Below, in pieces: positions 1 through 10,332 of a DNA stretch of 64,000 nt. The DNA is taken from NCBI GenBank assembly GCA_029953675.1, contig JAMWBK010000011.1, positions 868,001-932,000 on the forward strand, in the 5' to 3' direction. Positions within the stretch are counted from its first letter, which is position 1. Each line of letters starts with the position of its first letter. A model generated the notes under the pieces. The model ran no database searches, was not told the origin of the DNA, and saw nothing but the letters and a program-made list of their open reading frames with translations. The DNA comes from Rhodosorus marinus CCMP1338. Lineage: Eukaryota; Plantae; Rhodophyta. Both the position numbers and the translations under genes were made by a program.

Positions 1-2
1 TT

Positions 3-1196
3 CGCTCCTCGGCGCCGTTAATGTTCGAGGTGAGCGTGGAGGTGCATGAGGAGGTGATGAAGTCGCCGTTTTATGGGTTCCTTGAGGCCCTGTCAAAGCC
101 CGTGTTCACGCTCTCGACCAGCTACAATGACGACGTTAGAGTTGGAATGGGCTGGGTTTTTGAGACCCATGACCTGCTTTTGGATTATCCCAGAGGAGGA
201 GGAGGAGTTCACGAGTTTCACGACTTGGTAAGCTATCAAAGGAGTTGTGTCTTTAAGCACAACGGCAAGTCTCAAGTGCTCTGCACGTTGCCCGCTGCGG
301 ACGTCTCTGGACGGTTTCACCCGTTCTTTCATATTGTAGAGAACGACCGACGGTCGAATTACCAGGAGATTGGAATGCTTGACCGCGTGAGTGGAAACAA
401 ACTCTTCTCGATCAAGCAGCTAGCGACACGACCTTGTGAGCTATGTACATTGCGCGGCGAGCCGTGCCTTTGCTCGAACGAGATGGTGTCAAGGGGCTTT
501 CTTCCAGGGACGGATGAATCTAGTGACGGTTTGATAATGGCTCCGGATTTGGATGTTGCAGCTTGCCAGGTTGCAAGAAGGCGCTGGATGGCAGGAAGGT
601 TTGGATTTCACGTGAACGGACTCCCTGCGTTTTCAGTGAATGCAAAGCTGCTGTCATCCGGAGAGATGCTTGAAAGGGCGCGCATCTTTCTGGTGCAGAA
701 CCAAGCGCAAAAATCTACCAGCTTATGTCCAATTTCACATTCAATTCTACAGAGGGCCATAATGTCGGTGTTGGAGAAGAAGGAACAGGAAAACGCCGTT
801 TCCGGTGACAAGGATGCGGAGCGGTTTAAGTGCGACCGGTGTGGTGCTTCATTCACCCGGATTTGGAGCCTTAGGAGACACGTCGCGGGTGTCCACGAGG
901 AGAACCGCCAGTTTGCTTGCGAGTTGTGTTCCAGAACCTTCAAGCAGAGTGGACACTTACAGGAGCACCTGAGGACGAACCATTCGAGAAACGGCGGGCA
1001 CAGTTGTGAGATTTGCAGAAAGCGATTCGGAGTGAAGTCAAAATTAGAGCGCCACATGTATCAAAAGCACTCGAACATAAGGATGTATGAGTGCGAGCTG
1101 TGTCTGAAGAAATACAAGGACGCTCATGGTCTGAAAACCCATGTCAAACGAAAGCACAGCTCGACACATAAGACCACACGGGTTGAGACGTTCTGA
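3..1196 (+). CDS. C2H2 zinc-finger protein (4 fingers) with unrecognised N-terminal CxxC/CxC domain; array copy 1, 5'-truncated by the window edge
   Basis: Frame is open from position 3 (RSSAPLMFEV...). It aligns to internal positions of copies 2-4 (HEEVMKSPFYG, VRVGMGW, RPCELCTLRGEPCLCS). Four CxxC-x12-H-x4-H fingers at the C-terminus. Confidence 0.9.
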   Translation, partial: RSSAPLMFEVSVEVHEEVMKSPFYGFLEALSKPVFTLSTSYNDDVRVGMGWVFETHDLLLDYPRGGGGVHEFHDLVSYQRSCVFKHNGKSQVLCTLPAADVSGRFHPFFHIVENDRRSNYQEIGMLDRVSGNKLFSIKQLATRPCELCTLRGEPCLCSNEMVSRGFLPGTDESSDGLIMAPDLDVAACQVARRRWMAGRFGFHVNGLPAFSVNAKLLSSGEMLERARIFLVQNQAQKSTSLCPISHSILQRAIMSVLEKKEQENAVSGDKDAERFKCDRCGASFTRIWSLRRHVAGVHEENRQFACELCSRTFKQSGHLQEHLRTNHSRNGGHSCEICRKRFGVKSKLERHMYQKHSNIRMYECELCLKKYKDAHGLKTHVKRKHSSTHKTTRVETF

Positions 1197-2421
1197 AGGT
1201 GCACCAGGAAAGGTTCTACGAAGCACAATGTCGAGAAGAGTGCGCAGCGCTGGAACACGTCCGTTTCTTACGGTTTTTTAACATGTCAGGTTATTTATTC
1301 TTACGATGCAGTATAGGAACCCTTTGCTTCGAATTAGCACTGGTTAAATAGACTCTTGCTTTCCCTCATGATCCCGTTGAGAATGCTGGTCGCAGTGTAC
1401 CGATTCATGTGCCACATCTCCAGGTCATTCGAGAGGATGTTTTCGGGGTCTATCGAAAGTTGTAGGTGCAGCACTCACTCATAGCTAGCCCACCAAATTC
1501 ATGTTACAAGCATTTCGACTCTCAGTGGATCAGTCATGGATCATTAGGAATCGTGGTTAACCCAAGTCCGGATTTAGAGCGGGAAGGAGACCGTCGACGT
1601 CCTCCGTTTTCCAGTTCTCAGTCCACATGGGTTCGCATCTTCGCTGGCATGCGTTCCCGAGACGCTTATATTACCCTCGAGCGACTGCGGCTTTAGTCGA
1701 CAACCCCAGCCTCTTGGCGACTTCTGCTGAAATCAAGTTAATCTGCAGCCCACCCTCAACTGTGTTAAGGGCTTTGCGGTTACCAACCTTCAGTCCAACA
1801 ATCGGTGAAGGGTAGCTCTCCTTTCCTTTGCTGACGGTTTCTCATCGTGGAATGCAGCCGAACACGCGTTTGCCTGTGCGGCCGCCAGGATGTGAGGAAT
1901 TGGAAGGGCCGAATAGACAGCTTCTTTGCGGATCCAAAAGTCGCGCTCTCAACGATGGCAGATCCAAGTGTCGAAAAGCGACTAGAAAAAATTGCGCGGA
2001 AGCGAAGCACAGGCTACAACGACAGCAGGGTATCCCTACTGTGAAGTAGTATTCCATCCATTTGCATGCAATATTCAGTATCAAGAATCCCAAAAAGAGT
2101 ACAAAATGTTTATGGTGGTTTCGTGCACGGCTTTTTCGTGCAAATTGTAAATCGAAAGTTATTTTCGCGGATGCAGCATTTTTGCAGTTTTTAAGGTATT
2201 CATCAATTTCAATTTATGATTAGTCAAAGAAAATAGAGAATATATTGCTCCGTTGAGCTGTGTCCGATTATCGCTTCTTCTATCCACGGCACCACGATAG
2301 TCAGCTACTTGACGCTTCCTCACGACAGACTAGGATGTACTAGACCAAAATGGGATAACCAAATTGTAGCTACCCATAGTCCAAGAGGTCCCACAGAATT
2401 CCGACTAGCAAACAACGTGAC

Positions 2422-2659
2422 GGAAACTTTTCCCATAGCTCAGGCTGATACTGGTTTGGTGGTTTTTCTAACATAGCCTGATGCGCTAGAGTGGTCAGTG
2501 GAGAGGAATAACATTCATCTGGGCATATAGACTGCTTGGAACCTTTTCCCATAGCTCAGGCCGATACTGGTTTGGTTTGGTGGTTTTTCTAACATAGCCT
2601 GATCGGCTAGAGTGGTCAGTGGAGAGGAATAACATTCGTCTGAGCATATAGACTGCTTG
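2422..2659. repeat. Tandem duplication, ~116-bp unit x2
   Basis: 2422-2537 and 2538-2659 are near-identical (ggaa[a/c]cttttcccatagctcagg...gcatatagactgctt). Copy 2 has an extra tttgg. Confidence 0.95.
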
Positions 2660-3287
2660 ACGAGCACACAGTTAGGGACCGTACATTGATTCTTCTGGTG
2701 GAAAGTAAACGTCTATATGGTCACTTTCGGCCGAGCGAAATAGGGTAGTCACTTCCGTCCCATAAAGAAGTCCCATGATGTATGACAAGTATCGGTCGGT
2801 CGGATAAAGGTTTATCGGGCCTGAAAGCATGTCATGATTAGAGTGTTTGACTTCCGGCTCGTGTCCAATACAAGTTTATCGGACCTGAATAAAAAGGAAG
2901 ATGTGGTTCGTCCGATGTTTTCTTTACGGTCCGTAGTGGTCCCACAATTTTCTTCTTCCGGGCGGGTTGGGCGGAACTTCGATAAAGACCGCCCAGTTCG
3001 CAAATTACAGCGTAATCGTTTATAGAAGCCAGAACAACGATACCAGTATTTCAGTAGACTTCTAGTACTCTCTTGGGATTTGACAGCTGTCCGACGACTT
3101 CGATCGGAGATCGCGACGGAGAGGAGAACAGTTCCAAAGTCCTTGGGGAAGTTGTGCGGGAAAAGAAGGGGAAAAGGAACTAAAATGAATGTCAGAATCT
3201 GCTAAAAGAAATTCCACATATTCGGAAGGATAGTTGTTGCGTTGGCGAAGTGGTTATCCCAGACGAGTGGACATCAGTGCTCAAACT

Positions 3288-3342
3288 CTACGAGTGGGTT
3301 CGAATACAACACGGTCGGTGTTGTATTCGAACCCACTCGTAG
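3288..3342. repeat. Perfect 25-bp inverted repeat (hairpin, 5-nt loop)
   Basis: ctacgagtgggttcgaatacaacac (3288-3312), loop ggtcg, exact reverse complement at 3318-3342. Confidence 0.95.
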
Positions 3343-4330
3343 CTCGCCATGGGGATCGGGATCGGGCGATAGGTCATTTCTCCCCTGGGGACCGGTTAGA
3401 GGAAGGACCGTAAGGTACACGTGCCTTCGTCAACAGCCAACAGCCCAGACTCGAATTCCAAATAGGCGTTCAGAAAATCCTGGAATTGGACTTTCACTAT
3501 GTCCAAAAAGAACGATACTCGGACAGACTCTCCCTCTATTTTCTTTGACTAGTCATCCCTCTCCTTTTTGTACCAAATGCACCCAAAAAAACCCAATTGG
3601 ATTGTGTAGGACAGCCTGTATACTTCAAAAATAACCTTAATTCAATACCACAAGTATCGCCAAAAAATCATAATTCAATATCTAAACCAGAGATGATTGA
3701 TTAATAAACTAGAGTTGATTGAATATCCCCCAATAAAACGGTTTCTCCTTTTTGTTGAATAATTGCCACGAAAACACCGCCCCTAGATTTTCTGATGGTG
3801 TGAACTGTCCATGGACGAGGAAGAGAATTTATCGGACCTGTCTGATCATCGTTGATGGGACGATCTATATATGCCCCGGCCCGAACGCTCATACTAAACA
3901 TCATCGCATCTGCAGAGTAGAAAGTCAAAGCACTTTTTCACATCGCTCCTGTGAAGCAGAAAGTTCTTTCAGTCGCACCTCGTTGGGTGGAGGCGGCACG
4001 CAGATAAACAGCTCCTTCATGACGAAGCCAATTGGCAAAAGTTCGGTGGCCGTGAAGGGGACGAGAAGTGTACAGTGCGACAACATCATTCCTTCGCGTC
4101 CGATTTTGGGGATGTGCCGTTTTAGAGGGCTATGGCAATGGTCGAGGAGGAGGTTGGTCTGTGTGCGGGGGGGTGAGAGGTTTATGAATCCTTACGAGCA
4201 GGGATTGTTGTTGTCATTAAGTTCTATTGATTCTATTATGTGAGTTTTGTTCAACGATTTCAGCTCGGAGTGAGTTGCTTTTGTATGAGGGCATCGAGCT
4301 TCTGGTTTTTTTTTGTGTAGATAAGGGGGG

Positions 4331-5686
4331 ATGACGTTTTCGGAGCTGTTTCCCGTGGCCGACGAGGTGTTGAAGGACTTTATCCTTCACAAGAGCGATG
4401 TGAAACTGTTCGACTTCAACTCTGCAAATGCGATGATGTTTCATATGAACGTGCTGCTGCACGAGGAGGTGATGAAGTCGCCGTTCTATGGGCTTCTGCA
4501 GGGGCTCTCCAACCCCGTGTTCATGCTTTCTACAAAGTACTGTGAAGACGTGAGGATAGGAATGGGTTGGATTTTTGAGGACTTGGGGCCGCTTCTGGAA
4601 TACCCTTCCGGTGAAGGAGGCGTTCACGGGGTACAAGAGGCGGTCACTACCGAACGGATATGTATCTTCAAGCACAATGGCCGAGCTCGCTTGATCTGCA
4701 CACACCCTGGAGATGACAATGGAATTCCGTTCTACAACCTTGAGGAGATAAATATGCGGCAAAACTGCAACGAGGTTGGTGTTCTTGACAGAGAGACAGG
4801 AAACAAGTTCTTTTCAGTGAAGCAGATGGCGACGAGACCCTGTGTTATATGTCGTGCCAGGGGGGATGGCTGCTGCTGCTCGGAAGTGATGATGTCGAGG
4901 GGGTTTGGAGCTATGCCTATCGAGACAGAAGAACGAACCATGGAAAGATTGGATTTCAGTGACCAGGCTTTTACAGTTGCGAGCAGGCAGTGGTTGTCCG
5001 GGAGGTTCGGGTTTCACGCAGACGGACTTCCTGCCTTTTCGATTAACTCGTGGATACTATCATCTGGAGATTTATTTAACAAGGCCAAAGTCTATCTGGT
5101 GCAGCAACAGGCACAGCAATCGACAAGACTACGCCCTCCGTTGTCACGCTCGCCCTTGGAGAGATCGATATTTTCGATGATGACCGAAAAACCGCTGCGC
5201 AAGAAAGCATTGACATTTGGGGAACCGAAGCAGGTATTGATGGATGCCATTCCATCGACGGACGCTGAGACGTCGGAAAATCTGGTCGATAGGGAGCGGG
5301 TGAAATGCGACCAGTGCGATGCTTCGTTTGGAAGCGGATGGGGCCTGCGAAGGCACATTGCAGGAGTGCACGAGAAGAGCCGCAACTTCACGTGCGAATT
5401 CTGTCCAAGAACTTTCAAACAAAGCGGACACCTGCACGAGCACATACGCGTGTACCACTCGGAAAATGGGGGCCACGACTGCGAGATCTGTGGTAAGCGT
5501 TTTGGAGTGAAATCGAAACTGGACCGGCACGTTATTCAGAAGCACATGAATGTCAAGGAGTTTGAGTGCAAGCTGTGCCGGAGAAGGTACAAGGACAAAC
5601 ATTCGCTGAATACACATACGAAACGGAAGCACGCTTGTGAAGAGGGACAAAGCGCTAGCGAGGAAAGAAACCGAGGCGAGGGATGA
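4331..5686 (+). CDS. C2H2 zinc-finger protein (4 fingers) with unrecognised N-terminal domain; array copy 2
   Basis: Intronless 451-aa ORF. N-terminus MTFSELFPVADEVLKD matches copies 3 and 4. Contains RPCVICRARGDGCCCS and four C2H2 fingers. An in-frame TAA lies 9 nt upstream of the ATG. Confidence 0.92.
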   Translation: MTFSELFPVADEVLKDFILHKSDVKLFDFNSANAMMFHMNVLLHEEVMKSPFYGLLQGLSNPVFMLSTKYCEDVRIGMGWIFEDLGPLLEYPSGEGGVHGVQEAVTTERICIFKHNGRARLICTHPGDDNGIPFYNLEEINMRQNCNEVGVLDRETGNKFFSVKQMATRPCVICRARGDGCCCSEVMMSRGFGAMPIETEERTMERLDFSDQAFTVASRQWLSGRFGFHADGLPAFSINSWILSSGDLFNKAKVYLVQQQAQQSTRLRPPLSRSPLERSIFSMMTEKPLRKKALTFGEPKQVLMDAIPSTDAETSENLVDRERVKCDQCDASFGSGWGLRRHIAGVHEKSRNFTCEFCPRTFKQSGHLHEHIRVYHSENGGHDCEICGKRFGVKSKLDRHVIQKHMNVKEFECKLCRRRYKDKHSLNTHTKRKHACEEGQSASEERNRGEG

Positions 5687-7176
5687 CGCGGTTGGAAAAA
5701 GCCAGTTTTGCTCTGTCTCTTCTTCGTAAGACTTGCAGCCTAAAAGCAAGAATAGCAGCTGCAATCCTGCGGATCCTCGTTTCGCCGGGAAGGGAACTTC
5801 ATTGGCCCGAGACAGCGTTCGAGGCTATGGAAAAGCGCCTATAGTCTTTCGCGGGACTGAGTGCTTCCGTAGTGGCTCTTAAGTACGATGCGCGATGGCT
5901 TCGTAGTCAGAATACATGCCGTCAAGCGCACTTGCATAAGCGCAGACGCTTGTGCAGGGCGGACTCCTTAACTCCTCGTTCAGATAGTGTCGATTTGCGA
6001 TGGATTTGGAGTGACGGAGCTGATTGGGAGGTCAATTCCCATGCTCTACTATCAACTGAAGCCACTCGGAGGAACACATGTGGACCCCAAACCACGAGAG
6101 GGTACCTTGTTTCCGAAGAGTCAAGAGGAGAATGTCTACAGGCACAACTTCGACAGCTATAAACCCACCCGCGGCCTCACACACGGCGTTCAAAATTCGA
6201 AGTATGTCGTATAATCATTAACAAACTCTGACAGCACTAAACTATACCGAGGACAATCGATTTCGGGATCTTCAGTAGCAGTTCCAGATGACGCTAGGCT
6301 AGACACACTGTGTTGCCACCGCAGACGAAAGGTCTGCTCAAAACACAACCTGGAGCATTGTGAGGACTGTCCCTTTTCCTTCCTCGGCCATCTTTTTGCC
6401 AAGGAAGCCTTACTCGACGGCAGTTCCCAGGCAAAAGAGACAGCTCTCCGGGAATGTCGTGACCAGTTATAACGGCCTTCAGAAACAAGCTTGAACATTC
6501 ATTTTGCGGCGGGATCACTTCTACGCCCCTAATCGCCACTGGTCAAAACACGCACCTCAAACTGCCCCGACAACCGTATGGGGTTGCACAGACTGCTCAA
6601 GCGAGGAGAGCCGTCTAGCCAACAGTCCCGCTACCCTTCTTTACAGCACCTATGATGTCAGGTTGGTACATGTATGCTGCAGCACTTATATACTGAAAAC
6701 CATCTAACTGATGATCTCCACCAGCAGTGTCCAGAAGGCTATCCTACTCTGCTCAATCTCCACGCTTCAGGGTGATCTCCTTCCTCACGGGATTTCTCTC
6801 TGTACATTTGCTGATGATAAAAGAAAAAGCTCTGTGGGATTTTGGGGCTTCGCGGGGAAGATGGAGGGAGAGCTCGGGAACTGAATGGGATGAGTTGCTT
6901 GTTGGTATCTTGAAGCTCTTCAATATAAGGCAAGCAGAAGGAGGTATGTTTTGAGATTAGGTATTGTAGCTCACGCTATGCTGCTGCGAGCTTGAAGTCA
7001 TTGCAGGAGGGTGGCTTTTGGGGATGGGAGAAGTGAAAAATGGGTCAGCGAGAGCGGGGGGTATTCGAGGGACGAAGTTGTTCGTGGTCTTGTTTCGGTT
7101 GAGTAGTCTTGGATGAAATCACCGGAGGTTGGTGTTTTTGGGCTTTTTAGGTTTGGTTTTGAGAGGAAGAAGAACA

Positions 7177-8491
7177 ATGGAGTTTGAGGAGATGATTCCA
7201 GTGGCGGATGAGGTCTTAAAAGACTACATGCTGCATAAGGGTGAAGTGAGAGTGTTCGACTTTGGTTCGGCTTCACCGATTATGATTGATGTAAAGGTTA
7301 TTTTCCACGAGGAGGTGATGAGGTCGCCGTTCTATGGAATCCTCAAGTCGTTTGAGAATCCCATTTTCGTTACGTCAGTTAAGTACAAGGAGAAAGTTCG
7401 GATAGGAATGGGCTGGTCTTTTGAGGATTCTGGGCCTCTGATCGAGCATTCCAAGGGGAATGGAGGCTGGCATTCAACTTCGGAAGTGACCACGACCACC
7501 AGGATTTGCTTTTTCGAACACAAGGGTTGCGCTCACCTCCTGTCTACACCTCGGGGCGGAGATACGCCCGGCCAACCGTTCCTACATGTGGTTCAGAAAG
7601 ACGGAGAGACGAACTATCAGGAAGTAGGGATTCTGAACGAAGAGACAGGCGCGAAAATTTTTGGAATTAGGCAGTCCGCCACACGTCCCTGCGTCTTCTG
7701 CTCAGCAAGGGATGAGCCATGTCTGTGTTCCCGGAAAATGATCTCGAGGAGCTTTGGTCCTCCTTCGCTGCGGAAGGAAAAGTTCCTCGCCGGAACCTTA
7801 AGCATTCGACGACGGCGCTTTCAAAAGCACAAGCGATCAGTGGCTTTCAGGGAGATGGAATTTTCACGTGAACGACATGCCCGCATTCTCCACTCACGCC
7901 ACGGTGCTCTACGCCGGGACGATGTTCGAGAATGCGAAAAACTTCCTCTGCCAACGGGAAATAATGAAATCTGCAATCCTCTACGAACCAGTATCTTCGT
8001 CATCGGATTTAGAGAATGTGGCTTCAATGCATCTTGAAGGTGTGCGCGGCTCTGTTGCGGAGCTTGGAGTAGACCTTGACATCTCGGATGGGATGAGCAG
8101 CGACGCAAAAGACACGCCTGCAAAGGTTTACGAATGCCGGAAATGTGACACCGTGTTCAGACGCGCTTACGACTTGAAAAGACACGACGCAGGTGTACAC
8201 CAGATTAGCAGAAGCTTTGCCTGCGATAAATGCTCTAGGACCTTCAAGCAGAAGGGACACCTGAACGAACACATGAAGGCGTACCACTCCGAAGCCGGTG
8301 GCCATGAGTGTGAGGTATGCGGGAAGCGATTTGGAGTCAAATCCAAACTCCTACGGCATATAGTGGGAGTCCATACAAACATGCGACTGTTTCCGTGCAA
8401 GTACTGCCGTAAGAAGTACAAGGAGAAGCACCTCCTGAACCACCATCTCAGACATAAGCACCCAAGTGAGAACCCGATCACTACTGATTAG
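7177..8491 (+). pseudogene. C2H2 zinc-finger array copy 3 with a +1 frameshift at ~7800 (pseudogene or assembly indel)
   Basis: Homology to the paralogues runs in the frame of ORF 7129 up to ...EKFLAGTL, then continues in the frame of ORF 7868 as AFDDGAFKSTSDQWLSGRWNFHVNDMPAFS. Removing one A at 7800/7801 restores a linker of the same length as in copy 2. Confidence 0.85.
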
Positions 8492-9324
8492 GCGGAGCGG
8501 GAGGAGTTTTGAGTCCCGCTGTGGAGGCCTTGCAAGAAACAAGGTGTGCTTTTTAACGCTTTTACATAACTGCGAATATTATATTACGGTACTAGACGTG
8601 CTTTTGGGACTCGCACTTCATGCACGTCATCCTCTCCCAGCCGAGCTGAGGGACCATGAGCACGCGTACATCGATCCGCTACTAACTGTACTAATACGTT
8701 CACCGTTCGATTAATTTTCTTTAATAAAAATGAGGCATTTAGGAAGGTCAGGTCTGCGTGTGTTTTTCACGTCTCCTTAGTTCAAATTAGTTCACCTTAC
8801 TTGGACCAGATCAAAAACTCCCGGTCTAAGTCTGTCTTATATAGTCTTCCAAAGTACCAAATATAAACCAAAAGATTGCTGAATAGGTGCTTTCAAATAT
8901 AGCTCTTCCCTAATCTGTCCTATCATCAGCTTTTACCCTTTCGTACTAATGAAGAGCTCTGCTCGTCAGCTCCGGGACATAACGTGGCGTCCGCCCCACT
9001 GTGTGCTGACTTTTAGCCTTTTTAAGTATCATAACCTGTACTGCCCAAAAATAAAAATAAGACATGTACATGAGATGCCAATACAAGTCAATGATTGGTT
9101 AATTTTAGATATCATAACCAATAATGTCCACGAAAGATTCAAAGTTGAAGAGCTTAGGACAGGTGTCTTACTAGATAGTAATAATTGGAGTAATATTCAA
9201 TCAGTAGTATTTTAAACCAATGAAGATGCTGCAAAGGAATTTTTTTCCTTGAAAGCGTTTTTATTGGCTGTGATGAAATTGAATTTACGCATTTCATTGT
9301 TTTGCCCTATCTGGTTGCTGACAG

Positions 9325-9448
9325 TAGGTTTGTGCCCGTGTGGGTTGGGTTTTTCGCTGGTTACCCCTCTAAACCCCCCTGATTTCCCGGGTTTAACCAC
9401 TTCTTGGTCGTAAACAGCGAAAAGCCTGACCCCCTTGGCATAAACCTA
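9325..9448 (-). mobile_element. 124-bp MITE copy A (inverted relative to B and C)
   Basis: ~40-bp imperfect TIRs (TAGG...CCTA). Its reverse complement matches 12272-12395. Flanks ctgacag/ctgacaa (6 of 7 match). Confidence 0.9.
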
Positions 9449-10332
9449 CTGACAAGGCTCCATATTGGTCTGGCCAAGCGGACTTGGTTTTGAGGACCTA
9501 GTCCGCCGCGGACGGTATTCTGAGATGGTTGTTTATGACTGACCAGATATGGTACGATATGACTGGATGCAGTCAGTTACGGTACCAGAGCTTTGCTCTC
9601 GTCTTGATATACGGTTGGAACAATTCCCCCTCCGGGCCAGCTACATTGTCCTACCGTTAGTCTCGTTCCTAGGCGTTCATCGTTGTAGTTCGAAGAAACG
9701 CTGGAGCAAAACCACGAGCATCCGAGGAGCTGACGAGGCGGGTATTTCAGCCGGTCTGCCTTAACACACCCCTTGTTAAAATTTGAAGTACTCTGGAGTA
9801 GCCTCGAGCGTCCCGCGCTAATCTCCCCAACAGCCACCCGCGGCCTTGTCGACGCCCAGCTGGGCGGACAGATGTAAGTCCACTAGTGAGAGTCGTACCC
9901 AAAAAGCTAAAGATAAGCTTCCGACCGACATCCATAGCTCGATCTGATTCAGGCCACACCATCTCAAACTGGTGTATAAGACCCTATGGAGGGTCCAAAA
10001 ACAGGTTCTTCTAAACTAAGTTTGGTGTAAACTTATCAACCTGTCCGTTAAGATCCTTTGAGGGGCTGAACCAGCAAGCTCACGTCCTAGCTCGGTCCCC
10101 ATGCAGTCGGGCGTACTCTCTGGAAAGTGCGGACCGATGTACTAGAAATATCTGAGCTGAAGGTGGAGAGGGGAGATTGGGTGCTTGGTCGGAGAGAGCA
10201 CCTGGATTCGTGAAAGAGAAGGACAAATGGAGGAGAGAACTCGCTGGTTTGGAGAGAGGCTTTTGGCCGGTTAGTAGAGATCTGACAAGTTTTTTCGATT
10301 CGGATGTGAAAGGTGTTGGCATTCCTTCAACG

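Noticed and set aside
1904-1927. KGRIDSFF, resembling a PCNA-binding PIP box
   Set aside because: It lies in a 65-aa ORF with no other recognisable sequence and lacks the canonical Gln.
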